A DNA stretch of 64,000 nucleotides from Candidatus Saccharimonadia bacterium (GCA_038251135.1 JBBSBR010000001.1:512-64511); one strand, 5' to 3'. Positions 39,094-48,982 are shown, counted from the stretch's first letter. Numbers and translations are program-made. The notes: generated by a model not told the origin, from the sequence alone.

Positions 39094-39516
39094 TTAAGCA
39101 TCGGCCTTTACGTCCCCGCCCAGTCCGAGCTTGGAGTTGATGAGATCCAACACCTGCCGGGGCGTCATTTCGGCCTTCACCAGGTACTCCGCACCGTACG
39201 ACATAGCCCGTTTGCGGTCGGCCTCCTGAGAGGAGTTCGTGAGTACGATGACCGGCATCGTCGCAAAATCAAATCCGTCGCTCTGGAGTGCACCCAGCAC
39301 GTCGAGACCGGAGAGTTCGGGCATGTTGATGTCGAGAACCGCGAGGCTCGGGTGGTCGACCTTGACGCAGTCGAAGGCGTCTTTGCCGTTGGTTTTTAAA
39401 ATTACGGTAAAACCCGCACTCTGGAGCTTAATTTCGTACATGCGCGAAATAAACGGGTCGTCCTCGGCGATCAGGATTATCTTGCCTTGGCCAATTTGTG
39501 GATCTAGTTCGGTCAT
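39094..39516 (-). CDS. Single-domain response regulator (CheY-like receiver).
   Basis: IAEDD. Phospho-acceptor LDINMP. VLTNSS. KAEMTP conserved Lys region. Confidence 0.75.
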   Translation of the reverse strand: MTELDPQIGQGKIILIAEDDPFISRMYEIKLQSAGFTVILKTNGKDAFDCVKVDHPSLAVLDINMPELSGLDVLGALQSDGFDFATMPVIVLTNSSQEADRKRAMSYGAEYLVKAEMTPRQVLDLINSKLGLGGDVKADA

Positions 39517-39526
39517 TAATGCCTTT

Positions 39527-41689
39527 TTAAGTCTTAGGTTGAGTTACGGCTTTGAGCGGTAGTTCGAAACCAAACGTTGAGCCTTTGCCTTCAACGCTGT
39601 CAAAGATAATTGTACCACCTTGGTCGTTAATTACACGCCGAGCCAGATACAGGCCCAATCCGGTACCGTCCGGCCGAACCGTTTGGGCATTCTCGGCCCG
39701 GAAGAATTTGCTGAAGAGCTTTTTGCGGGCCTTCTCGGGCACACCGATGCCCGTGTCTTTGACTTCCAACCGTACCGAATCGCCGATACTCTCGAGCGTC
39801 AAGGTCACGTTCCCCTCTTTAGTGTAATAAATTGCATTGTCGATGAAATTCATTACCACTTGGCGCGTCTTATTCTCGTCCAGCTCAACCATGGGGATGG
39901 GTTTGGTTGGAGGCGTGAATATCAGCTCAATATTCTTGGCGGTGGCGTGCGACATGAGCTGCCGCACCTCATCCCGAATCATCGCCTCCATATCCGTGGG
40001 TTTGGCCTGTATCAGGAAGCGGCCGGCCGACAGGCGCGAAACGTTCAATAGGTCGGAGATGAGGTTGACCATGCGTTCCGAGGCACCGAAGGCAAAGTCC
40101 ACAAATTCCCGTTGGGTCGGCGTAATTTCGCCGGCGTCGCCGTCGAGAATCATCGACAGATAGCCCTTGATGGTCGTGAGCGGCGTACGCAACTGGTGCG
40201 AGGCCATACTTATGAACTCGTCTTTGGCCTTATCGAGTTCCTGCAAGTGCCGGTTGGCCACGCGGATACGGCTAGTGGCATGATCCACCCGGGCCTGCAA
40301 CGTCTTATTGAACTCCTGGATCTCGATGTAGGCCTTGGCATTCAAAATTGCCACGGCCAGCTGCTTCACGACGATTTCAAGCAACTCGATGTCTTGTTTC
40401 GAGTAGTTTTCGCCCGAGAGCTTGTCGCCAAGGAGTAGATAACCCACGAATTGTTCGCGGGTACGAAGCATTAATGCGACCCGGATACCATGTGCATCCA
40501 TGAGCTCTCGATTACTATTCGTTACCGCCAGCTCATCGGCAATCGAGAGCGACTTATCGAGTTTCTTCATCTCCGGGCCTACCATCAGTCTATCCGGCAC
40601 CTTACCGTGGTGTTCTACGCGATAGATTCGATCATTATCGAAGATTGCCAACTGCGCATATTGAATATGGATATCGGTCGAGAGCGTACCCAGACTGCGT
40701 TTGAGAATCCTATCGAGATCAAGCTCAGAAACTAGAATTTTTGAAAAGTTATTGAGTACATCCTGCGAGTCGTAATGGTCGTGATAAAAGAACTTATCCG
40801 TCATCTTGTCGGTGAATTTCCGGATCGGCTGGAAGGTAAAAGCCAAGAGGATAGCAAGTGCCGTCGCAGTGATGCTCTGGGCCATACGAGAACCATCGGT
40901 CGGGAAGATTAGGATCGATACCGCCAAGAAAACGGCTCCGTAGAGGGCAGCTAAGATTAGCGTCAGGAGCAGGTAGGCAACCGAGCGGGCCACCAGCGCT
41001 CGCATTTCGAAGAGTCGATGCTTAACGATGGCGTATGTAATGGCACCAATGAGCGCCAGCGTCGCATATGGCCCTACTCCGACAAAAGCGTAGTTACTTA
41101 AGACGAGCGGGATGACTAGATTCATGAAGAGAATAAGCGTGAAGGAGATGAGAATACCCGCCACCACATACTCATAACGAACTTTTGCAGCGCGCTCCTT
41201 GGTCCGCTTGATCGAGAGTATGAAGATCGGCAAGATCAAGCCGAAATACGATACCAAGTAAAATGCGTACAGGGGACTTAAAGGCCCAAAGACAATGCTA
41301 TAGACCCCGTCGGCGCTCTGAGTAACGCCGCTTACGATTAGATTCGTAAGTGATGAGGCTAGTATAAAGATCGTGAAAGAACCGAGGACGATGATTATCC
41401 ACTGAGACAACTTCTCGTAGAGACCGGTGAAATGCAGACTGAACATTAAGGCAAAATAGGCGCACAATACCGGAAAGATAAATACCGCCTTATTAATAAG
41501 TAAAATCTGTGTATACCCTAACCCGTCGGCATTGCTGAAATAGTTCGCTATCAACCAACCTATTATTCCTAATACGAGACCAAAAAAGTAACGGTTTGCC
41601 CAGTCGGATCGACTCTTCTGCAATACAAACAGACCCATCACAAAATGCGTCAACGACAGTAGTAACAATAGGATCAGCGCTAATTTCAT
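39527..41689 (-). CDS. Sensor histidine kinase with an N-terminal polytopic (about 7-TM) domain, GAF, HisKA and HATPase_c domains.
   Basis: H-box SMASHQLRTPLT. N-box and G-boxes (DTGIGVP, GTGLGL). Seven N-terminal hydrophobic helices. Confidence 0.8.
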   Translation of the reverse strand: MKLALILLLLLSLTHFVMGLFVLQKSRSDWANRYFFGLVLGIIGWLIANYFSNADGLGYTQILLINKAVFIFPVLCAYFALMFSLHFTGLYEKLSQWIIIVLGSFTIFILASSLTNLIVSGVTQSADGVYSIVFGPLSPLYAFYLVSYFGLILPIFILSIKRTKERAAKVRYEYVVAGILISFTLILFMNLVIPLVLSNYAFVGVGPYATLALIGAITYAIVKHRLFEMRALVARSVAYLLLTLILAALYGAVFLAVSILIFPTDGSRMAQSITATALAILLAFTFQPIRKFTDKMTDKFFYHDHYDSQDVLNNFSKILVSELDLDRILKRSLGTLSTDIHIQYAQLAIFDNDRIYRVEHHGKVPDRLMVGPEMKKLDKSLSIADELAVTNSNRELMDAHGIRVALMLRTREQFVGYLLLGDKLSGENYSKQDIELLEIVVKQLAVAILNAKAYIEIQEFNKTLQARVDHATSRIRVANRHLQELDKAKDEFISMASHQLRTPLTTIKGYLSMILDGDAGEITPTQREFVDFAFGASERMVNLISDLLNVSRLSAGRFLIQAKPTDMEAMIRDEVRQLMSHATAKNIELIFTPPTKPIPMVELDENKTRQVVMNFIDNAIYYTKEGNVTLTLESIGDSVRLEVKDTGIGVPEKARKKLFSKFFRAENAQTVRPDGTGLGLYLARRVINDQGGTIIFDSVEGKGSTFGFELPLKAVTQPKT

Positions 41690-41742
41690 TGCAGTACGTT
41701 CAGTATAACAAAAAACTTATGCTTTAAGCGCAAACTCGGTAT

Positions 41743-42624
41743 CTACATCTTATCGTAACGGCCGAGATAATTATTTACGGCCGCCACCGCGAGCGACCAC
41801 CGATGGTGCCATACCGGGTGGCGAATTATCCGCCCACGATGTTCCTTGGCGTCGAAGTAGAAGACGGTCGGCGCAGCAGGGAGTATATTTCTGCCGCCGA
41901 GGAAGTTCAGAATCTGCGTTGATATCAAAGCCGCACAGATCCCTACGGCTGGAGCAATCGCGGGCACGTCAATCCCCCTCGTCGATACTCGCCGTAGTAC
42001 GGAAAGGTCACCGTATGAGGGAACATGTGGTAACCAGCGAGCGATGTCGACGCCTACCTGCTCGCTCTTAAGTTCAGCTAGGGTCACATTCGACTTGAGC
42101 CCAAAGTATCGCTCATAGGTCGATCCGCTCGGGTCGAACCAGGTTATGGTAGCGCCGTAGCCAATTTCGACGCCCATTATGACAGGGATGCTTGCCTCGC
42201 GCGCGCGCCTGGCGATCATCACCCCGAGGTGTGGCAACATGAAATCCGTCGCCTCCACAATACAGGTTGCGTCTGATATAAACTCTTCAATATTTGCCTC
42301 ATTAACTCCGTCGGTAAGGAGCTCAATCTCGACTTCCGGATTAATATCACGGCATAGCTCAGCGATCACTTCAACCTTTGGTCGACCAAGCGTGCTAAGG
42401 TATGCCCCTTCCTGCCGATTGAGGTTCGTAGCCGTAAAGTTATCCGGATCGGCGAGTCGCAGTTTCATACAACCGAGCCGAACTAACTCGGTTGCTACTC
42501 GTCCGCCAACTCCCCCTACGCCTGCAATAACGATGCGCGCATCAGCTAACTTCATCTGCTGGATCGGACTGATAAATCCAACGTTTCGCGAGTATCGTTC
42601 CTGAACAGTAGCATGCTGCTTCAT
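41743..42624 (-). CDS. ThiF/MoeB/HesA-family E1-like adenylyltransferase.
   Basis: Rossmann ATP-binding IVIAGVGGVGG and RLADPDNF...NLNRQ E1 signature. ATGA overlap with the upstream gene. Confidence 0.75.
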   Translation of the reverse strand: MKQHATVQERYSRNVGFISPIQQMKLADARIVIAGVGGVGGRVATELVRLGCMKLRLADPDNFTATNLNRQEGAYLSTLGRPKVEVIAELCRDINPEVEIELLTDGVNEANIEEFISDATCIVEATDFMLPHLGVMIARRAREASIPVIMGVEIGYGATITWFDPSGSTYERYFGLKSNVTLAELKSEQVGVDIARWLPHVPSYGDLSVLRRVSTRGIDVPAIAPAVGICAALISTQILNFLGGRNILPAAPTVFYFDAKEHRGRIIRHPVWHHRWSLAVAAVNNYLGRYDKM

Positions 42625-43418
42625 GCCGGTAATTCACCCTTAAAGATGGATAACCGCTTTAATTCGGCGACATGCTGAGGCGTCAGCAGGTCGGGGTTTA
42701 ATCCTCGAACGAAGAATTTAACTAACTCAAGTTTCATGGTGCGACGAAGCGGATTAATACCGCGGGCAGCCTTCATGATCGCGCCCAGTGATTGATGTAC
42801 CTCTAAAGCTGCTGGTATAACCTCGCTGCCCATATAAACCGTAGGCTCGCCAATCTGTGTCAGCGCATCACCAAACATAAACTTCAATTGGGAGTAAACC
42901 TGGGCGTCGCAGGCCATGAGCCATAATTGATGACCCGATCGCACAGAATGCTGCCACATTGCACGATACAGGAGGAGTGCAGCATAAGAGCTATGACCTC
43001 GATGTTTGGCGAGACCGGAAATCTCCACGCAGTTCAATGGGTCGAGTGATTTTATGGCTGCCAGATCTTTCGGATAGAGTGGTAATTTCTCAATTGTCGG
43101 AAATGACATATGACCCTTCTGTGAATGAACTGTGATTTGCCGTGCCGTTGCAACAACTTCTGAATTGCCATCCGCGATATGGTTTACGATGAAATAGTCG
43201 GCATGCTCCTGATAGGGATCGGAGTCAATAGAAATACGGCCGTCTTCGGTGAGATGGTGCTCCTCGATGAACTTTCGCTCAAGATAGACCTTGGCATGAA
43301 GCCTTTGAGCAACTCTGAGAAGATACTCTTCCGTCACGAAGCTCACTTGGTAGCGTGTATCGGTTCCTTCACGCAGATCTGTGCGGAGTGAGATCAGTTT
43401 CTTAATTTTGCGAATCAT
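42621..43418 (-). CDS. Putative LuxI/FeeM-like (autoinducer-synthase superfamily) N-acyltransferase. The ORF opens at 43445 with TTG, but the likely start is the ATG at 43418.
   Basis: RLHAKVYLERKFIEEH...DPYQEHADYFIV...ATARQI resembles the R-x-R-x-VF/Y ... DxYD ... GT-x-RL core of N-acyl amino acid/AHL synthase-like proteins. I am matching this from memory only. Confidence 0.4.
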   Translation of the reverse strand: MIRKIKKLISLRTDLREGTDTRYQVSFVTEEYLLRVAQRLHAKVYLERKFIEEHHLTEDGRISIDSDPYQEHADYFIVNHIADGNSEVVATARQITVHSQKGHMSFPTIEKLPLYPKDLAAIKSLDPLNCVEISGLAKHRGHSSYAALLLYRAMWQHSVRSGHQLWLMACDAQVYSQLKFMFGDALTQIGEPTVYMGSEVIPAALEVHQSLGAIMKAARGINPLRRTMKLELVKFFVRGLNPDLLTPQHVAELKRLSIFKGELPA

Positions 43419-43597
43419 ATCCGATGAGCCTTTCGAGAGGCACAAAATTACCGATGGAGCTAAGGAGCTCAGCGGCTATTAATCTCATATACGTTTGTTT
43501 ATTTTGTCTTGATTTCATGTTGTTAGAGCAGAAAGATTGGCTAATGCAATACTTATGTTTTATCATAATAAGTAATTAACGTAAACATAAAAAGACG

Positions 43598-44248
43598 ATG
43601 GAACCAGATACAACACCGACAGCCGCAACTCAGGCTTTACGAATACCGATGCCGAATGACCGATACGTTTACGGAACGCAGATAGTAGTCCGTGGAATCG
43701 TTACGATCATACGACTCCTCCTCGCGAGGTTGGTTATAGTCGATATAAAAACCGAACAACTCGAACCAGATTGTCGATATCTTTTGGTACCCAACCACGG
43801 GAGCTGGCTTGACCCTCTCGTGATAATGCACCATATCCCGGGCAGCGTTTTTAGGATGCTCGGTCCAATTCGCGTCATCGTAGGTAATCGCCTCCTCGCC
43901 TCACCCCTTAAGCCGTTCATTTTGTCGCTCGGATCATTCCCCGCTAAACCCCACAAGTACTATCGCTCGGGCATAGAGATGGCACAATACTTCCTCGATA
44001 ACGGCGCGCTGCTTGCGATCTTTCCTGAAGGACGCAGAAATGCCAATCGCAGTGTTAAGCCACGCCGCGGTGTGTCCGATCTTGCGAATGCCGAAGACGT
44101 CCGATTGATACCTGTACATATCGAATGGACTCGGCACTTTTTTGGTATGATCCCGACCTACAAAATCCATATTGGCTCTCCGGTAAAAGCCGCGGGTAAG
44201 ACTGCCGAGCAAATCATGGAATACATCTTTGATCTGCCTCTGGCATAA
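43598..44248 (+). CDS. Lysophospholipid (1-acylglycerol-3-phosphate-type) acyltransferase.
   Basis: NHGSWLD (NHx4D) and FPEGRR motifs of the PlsC/LPLAT family. Confidence 0.65.
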   Translation: MEPDTTPTAATQALRIPMPNDRYVYGTQIVVRGIVTIIRLLLARLVIVDIKTEQLEPDCRYLLVPNHGSWLDPLVIMHHIPGSVFRMLGPIRVIVGNRLLASPLKPFILSLGSFPAKPHKYYRSGIEMAQYFLDNGALLAIFPEGRRNANRSVKPRRGVSDLANAEDVRLIPVHIEWTRHFFGMIPTYKIHIGSPVKAAGKTAEQIMEYIFDLPLA

Positions 44249-44311
44249 ACAGCCCATCAATTATATTAAATCGAATTTGGGATTGTCCGGTTCGAACAAA
44301 AGGCTTAAAGT

Positions 44312-44731
44312 GTGAGTATTATGAGCAAAAAGATCAAGATCGCCATTATCGAAGATGACATCGCCATCGTGCAGATGTACCGGACCAAGTTTGAGGCCGA
44401 AGGTTATGAGGTTGAGACCGCGGGCGACGGGTTCACCGGCCTGGAGCTGATTGAGTCGTTTGAGCCCGACATTATCCTCCTGGATTTAATGATGCCCAAT
44501 ATGAACGGGCTGGAGATGCTCCAGAAGCTGCGCAATCAGCCCGGCGGACAGGAGGCCAAGGTGGTCGTGCTCACCAATATGGGCGACACCGAGAGCGCCA
44601 CCAAAGTCTTCAAGATGGCGGCCGACGACTACATCGTGAAGGCCGAAATGACGCCGAAGCAGGTAGCTGAGCGCGTGAAGAGTCTGCTGGTCAAGTTCGG
44701 CATTACCGAAGCCGAGACGCCGGCCGCCTAG
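44312..44731 (+). CDS. Single-domain response regulator (CheY-like receiver). Paralogue of the 39094 receiver.
   Basis: IIEDD. LDLMMP. VLTNMG. KAEMTP. Confidence 0.75.
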   Translation: MSIMSKKIKIAIIEDDIAIVQMYRTKFEAEGYEVETAGDGFTGLELIESFEPDIILLDLMMPNMNGLEMLQKLRNQPGGQEAKVVVLTNMGDTESATKVFKMAADDYIVKAEMTPKQVAERVKSLLVKFGITEAETPAA

Positions 44732-44773
44732 CAATCCAGTTGATTACGAATCAACAAATAGACCTTAGCGGGT

Positions 44774-45538
44774 CTATTTTTGTGCTGCAATGAGGAGATT
44801 ATCGAATAAGGCGGCCACCGTCATCGGGCCGACGCCGCCGGGGTTCGGCGTAATGGTTAGGTCGCTGCGGCTCCGCAGGTCATCGTCAACCTCGCTCGCA
44901 GGGGATCCGGCATCAACCACTACGGCGCCCTGCTTAGCCATGGCCGAGGTTATGAGTTTAGGCTTTCCGGTAGCCGAAATAATAATGTCGGACGAGTTGA
45001 CAACCTGAGCCAGGTCGGGCGTCGATTCGTCGCAACGCACAACATCCCGTCCGGAGGCTTCGAGGCTGCCCGCCAGGGGTTTGCCGATCAGTCTCCCCTG
45101 CCCGACGATGACAATTTTGCCGTTGAGATCAATATTATAGCCTGCCAACAACCAGAGAATCCCCTTGGGCGTGGCTGCCTCAAACGGCGACCGCTCGGTA
45201 AGTCCGTCGACATCCTTGGCCGGGTCGATCGTCTTCAGCATCTCCGCCGTGAGCGTCTGGCTTGGCAGCGGGAGCTGGACGATAATGCCGGTTACTTCGG
45301 TATCGGCGTTCAGCTGCATAATCTTTTTAATCAGTACGTCCGGTTCGACTTTTTCAGAAACGACCTCAACGCCGATCGCCTCTCCATAGATTTGCTTGGC
45401 TCGGATATACCGCTCGGTCGCTGCCTGATCGCCGCAATATAAAATTGCCAGTCTGGGACGTCTATCCAGAGAATCGACGATTTGAGCGTGACGCGTCTGG
45501 ATAAAGCCAGCCAAATCGGCACCATCGAGGAGTTTCAT
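44774..45538 (-). CDS. folD: Bifunctional methylenetetrahydrofolate dehydrogenase/cyclohydrolase FolD.
   Basis: MKLLDGADLAGFIQTRHAQ. VIVVGQGRLIGKP and GGVGPMTVA motifs. Confidence 0.85.
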   Translation of the reverse strand: MKLLDGADLAGFIQTRHAQIVDSLDRRPRLAILYCGDQAATERYIRAKQIYGEAIGVEVVSEKVEPDVLIKKIMQLNADTEVTGIIVQLPLPSQTLTAEMLKTIDPAKDVDGLTERSPFEAATPKGILWLLAGYNIDLNGKIVIVGQGRLIGKPLAGSLEASGRDVVRCDESTPDLAQVVNSSDIIISATGKPKLITSAMAKQGAVVVDAGSPASEVDDDLRSRSDLTITPNPGGVGPMTVAALFDNLLIAAQK

Positions 45539-46326
45539 AGCTCAATTACCTCGGCCTTACCGTCCGTAAAATACTCATTGCCCGAAGCGTTCTTGGACGG
45601 TTCAGAGGCATAAGCGGCGTCCGTCATGGCAACGGTCATGAGCCTAGTCGACCCGGCATGAACGAGATCGCGCACAATATACTCACGCTCATGATCAAGG
45701 TCCGGATCCAGAAAATGATGGATCCATGGCGGCCTGAACTGAAACTTAAGCCGGGAATCGAAACTGGCCGCCGCGACCCAGACAGGATCGCCGTTGGTCA
45801 GAGAGATACCGGTCTTCCATATCCGTATATGATGGCGCCGCTTAAAGCTCTTCTCGCGGGTCAGCTTCTGATAAGCATAATCCTGCAGGCCGATATTTAT
45901 GTAATGGGGCGTAAACGGTCCCTTTTGGTGGCTTTTGCCGGCCAAAACCGTCAATATGCCGTAACAAAGGTGGATCGGTGAAGCCGGGTGAGCGCGGTGC
46001 CAGCCCGCCTGCTTGAAGCGCAGCTTGAGCTGGGACTCGTGCCCGACAAAAATCAGATTCATCGGGTCCATCTTGCCGCCGGTAATCGATTGGCTGTATT
46101 TGGGCAAAGTATCGAGGACGTCCAGCGACAATTCGATGAGCGCCTTGTGGCGCACAAAGCGCGGCTTATATATCCGCTCCAGCCGGGTAGCGTGAAAAAG
46201 GTAAGCGATAAAGCGCAACGGCGCCATGGACAGACGCGAGAGCAGCCGACTGATTGTATGTGAAGTATTTCGGCTCATAACCAAGTAATTATACTCGCCA
46301 CGAGGGAGCGCGACCAGCCGGTACAT
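45535..46326 (-). CDS. LssY C-terminal domain-like protein.
   Basis: Pattern resembles the LssY_C family as recalled. Overlaps the folD start by 4 nt. Confidence 0.4.
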   Translation of the reverse strand: MYRLVALPRGEYNYLVMSRNTSHTISRLLSRLSMAPLRFIAYLFHATRLERIYKPRFVRHKALIELSLDVLDTLPKYSQSITGGKMDPMNLIFVGHESQLKLRFKQAGWHRAHPASPIHLCYGILTVLAGKSHQKGPFTPHYINIGLQDYAYQKLTREKSFKRRHHIRIWKTGISLTNGDPVWVAAASFDSRLKFQFRPPWIHHFLDPDLDHEREYIVRDLVHAGSTRLMTVAMTDAAYASEPSKNASGNEYFTDGKAEVIEL

Positions 46327-46363
46327 TCAGTCACTTCTCAGGACGATACTGTATAGTTGCGAC

Positions 46364-46861
46364 ATGAAGAAATTTGGCTTATCACTAATCATTGGGGTCA
46401 TGGCTTTCGGCTTAATCGTGCTGTTGAAATTACAGCCCGGCAAAGCGACTGCCAGCACCGTGTCTTTGGCCTCAACCACCCCCAGCACCGCCGGCACGCC
46501 CGCTCCGAGCACACCTGCGCCGAGCACCCCCGCGCCTAATTCGCCCGCTACGCCCGCACCGGCCGCAACTTCCGGCGGCGCCTTCAAGAATGGTACCTAC
46601 TCCGGCGCTGTCGTCGACAACGGCTATGGATCGGTTCAAGTCGCGGCCGTCATTAGTAACGGCAAGCTGAGCGACGTGAAGATCCTTCAAGTGCCGAACG
46701 ACCGGCGATCAATGATGCTGGCCAGCTACTCTACACCTACCCTGATCCAAGAAGCCGTCTCGGCTCAGAGCGCCAACGTCGATTACGTCAGCGGTGCCAC
46801 CGCCACGAGCGACGCTTTCAGCCAGTCGCTGCAGGACGCCTTGAGTCAAGCCAAGTCGTAG
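46364..46861 (+). CDS. Membrane-anchored FMN-binding domain protein (flavinylation substrate).
   Basis: N-terminal TM helix, Pro/Thr/Ala linker, FMN_bind domain carrying the covalent-flavinylation motif VSGATATS. Confidence 0.7.
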   Translation: MKKFGLSLIIGVMAFGLIVLLKLQPGKATASTVSLASTTPSTAGTPAPSTPAPSTPAPNSPATPAPAATSGGAFKNGTYSGAVVDNGYGSVQVAAVISNGKLSDVKILQVPNDRRSMMLASYSTPTLIQEAVSAQSANVDYVSGATATSDAFSQSLQDALSQAKS

Positions 46862-46876
46862 GGCTACAATACCCTC

Positions 46877-47620
46877 ATGAAGCGCACTGAAGCCATCATG
46901 GGTATGCCGATCACCATCGAGATCATCGGCGAGGACCCTAAAACCGACGAACTCATCACCAGCGGATTTAATGAATTTCGGGCGACTGACGAGCTATTTA
47001 GTACCTACAAACCAACCAGTGAAATTTCCCGCCTGAACCGCGGCGAGTTGACGCGCACAACCGTCTCCCCGACGGTCCGGGAAGTCCTGAAGACCTGCGA
47101 CGAACTCAAGATTAAGACTCAGGGCTACTTCGACATGTCTTATCACGGCAGTCTGGATCCGTCCGGTTACGTGAAGGGCTGGTCGATCGGCCGGGTTGAG
47201 GCGATACTGCGCCAAGGCGGTGCAACCAACTTCGTGGTAAGCGCCGGCGGCGATATGGTCTGCGCCGGACACCGCGCCGACGGCATGCCGTGGGTTATCG
47301 GTATTGCCGATCCGTCGAATCCGAAGCAATCCGTCAAGAACCTGAACTTAAGCGACCAAGCGATCGCCACCAGCGCCACCTACGAACGCGGCGAGCACAT
47401 TTATGACCCGCGCACCGGACTGCCGGCCATCGGACTCGTAAGCGTCAGCGTAGTGGGACCGGACATCGTGACGGCCGACGTTTATGCTACGACGGTCTTT
47501 GCCATGGGCCAGGCCGGCGTCAGCTGGATTCAGGGCCAAGCCGACTACGCAGCCTACATCATCGGCACCGACGGCCAGGCTGTCTTGACGCCCAGTCTCC
47601 AAACTTATATCGCCGCTTAG
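46877..47620 (+). CDS. apbE: FAD:protein FMN transferase ApbE (short form, no obvious signal peptide).
   Basis: GMPITIEI, DPSGYVKGWS, SAGGD and TSATYERGEHIYDPRTG ApbE motifs. Confidence 0.8.
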   Translation: MKRTEAIMGMPITIEIIGEDPKTDELITSGFNEFRATDELFSTYKPTSEISRLNRGELTRTTVSPTVREVLKTCDELKIKTQGYFDMSYHGSLDPSGYVKGWSIGRVEAILRQGGATNFVVSAGGDMVCAGHRADGMPWVIGIADPSNPKQSVKNLNLSDQAIATSATYERGEHIYDPRTGLPAIGLVSVSVVGPDIVTADVYATTVFAMGQAGVSWIQGQADYAAYIIGTDGQAVLTPSLQTYIAA

Positions 47621-48975
47621 CTAAAGTCGAAGCGTTCGCTATGGATCAGGCGGACCGGCAGCCCGGCGGCGTGAAGCGTTTGGCTGACGCCTTCCATCAT
47701 CGGCGGCGGACCGCACAGGTAGACCTCACGGCCGATAAAATCGGGAACCAGGCGCGTCAAAACTTCCGCATTTATGTATTCCTTCGGCTGCGACGGATCG
47801 TCGCTTAAGACGTAATGAACCTCAATGCCATAGTGAGCGACCGCAAGTTCTAGTTCGGATCGAAACGTGATATCGGCGGTAGATCGGGCGCCGTAGACCA
47901 AGACCATATCCGAGACGCCTTCGACCGCCAAGTGCTCAATCATCGCGCGAATCGGCGTAATGCCGATGCCGCCGGCAAGCATGAGAAGCTTATTGGTGCT
48001 GCGCGTCCGCGGCGTAAAGCGTCCGTTCGGGCCGTCGATAATCACGCGCGTACCCGGCTGCAGCTGATTTAGCCTGGCCGAGTAGTCGCCGAGGGTTTTC
48101 GTCGTCAGCCGCAGATATTTGCCGTTGGGGGCTGCCGAGAATGAAAATGGATGCCCCTGCCACCAAAGACCTCGGCTGAGGAAGTACCAGCTCGCAAACT
48201 GACCCGCTTCAAATTTAAAATCCTCAAGCTCTCGGCCAGTCACGTAGATCGAAATAGAATCGGGGGTGTCCTGAACTATCTGCGAGACGACAAACCGATG
48301 ACGCCAAACATTATAAATTGGCGTGGCAAAGCGGTAGATCACGATTATTCCGAATGTTAGGCCGTACAGCAGCGCCCAATAACGGGCATACCACGGGTGG
48401 GTTATAAAGTCCGGCCCGACCGCGATTTGGTGTCCGAAAGCGAGCAGCACCATCGCGTAGGCCGACAGGTGAATCAGATACCAATACTCATACCTTAAGT
48501 ACTTCCTGGCCGCCGCGACCGACAACCCGACAACCGCGATCAGCAGCCCGAACGCCACCGCCGCCTTCCAGACATCGGCATAGTTGGTGATGAAATCAAC
48601 GAACTGCGGAATGTAGGAAGTATTGTAGACAAACGAATACCCGATCGTAATGAAGAGGATGTGCGCCAGGATAGCATAAAACGCCACGTAGCCGTTTATT
48701 CTGTGAATGCGAGTCAAACCGTCCTTACCGAAAGCCCGTTCAAGTACATCGATACGGGCCAGCAGCAAGAGTTGTATCAAGATCAGATAGGTTCCAATCA
48801 GTGCTCCGAGATGGCTGAGAGCAATGGCGGCACTGCCAAAACTTGTGATATGACCCAGCCCCGTCCACCAGATAGCTAGGATGAGGCCCAGGTTTATCAG
48901 AAAAACCGCCGATGCTAACGCTCTTAGGCCGGCGTCGGCACCGCGGAACCAAGTTAGCGGTCTGGTAGCGTTCAT
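47617..48975 (-). CDS. Ferric-reductase/NOX-like membrane flavocytochrome with a ferric reductase TM domain plus FAD- and NAD-binding domains.
   Basis: Paired His in helices (HRINGYVAFYAILAHI, HLSAYAMVLLAFGHQ). HPFSF FAD motif. GGIGITP and CGPPPM NAD(P) motifs. Confidence 0.75.
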   Translation of the reverse strand: MNATRPLTWFRGADAGLRALASAVFLINLGLILAIWWTGLGHITSFGSAAIALSHLGALIGTYLILIQLLLLARIDVLERAFGKDGLTRIHRINGYVAFYAILAHILFITIGYSFVYNTSYIPQFVDFITNYADVWKAAVAFGLLIAVVGLSVAAARKYLRYEYWYLIHLSAYAMVLLAFGHQIAVGPDFITHPWYARYWALLYGLTFGIIVIYRFATPIYNVWRHRFVVSQIVQDTPDSISIYVTGRELEDFKFEAGQFASWYFLSRGLWWQGHPFSFSAAPNGKYLRLTTKTLGDYSARLNQLQPGTRVIIDGPNGRFTPRTRSTNKLLMLAGGIGITPIRAMIEHLAVEGVSDMVLVYGARSTADITFRSELELAVAHYGIEVHYVLSDDPSQPKEYINAEVLTRLVPDFIGREVYLCGPPPMMEGVSQTLHAAGLPVRLIHSERFDFS

Positions 48976-48982
48976 AAAGTGA

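Noticed and set aside
43446-43600. Possible 38-aa precursor peptide ORF (MKSRQNKQTYMRL...) upstream of the acyltransferase gene.
   Set aside because: It overlaps the acyltransferase start out of frame, has no ribosome-binding site, and has no C-terminal GG or Asn typical of E1 substrates. Probably spurious.
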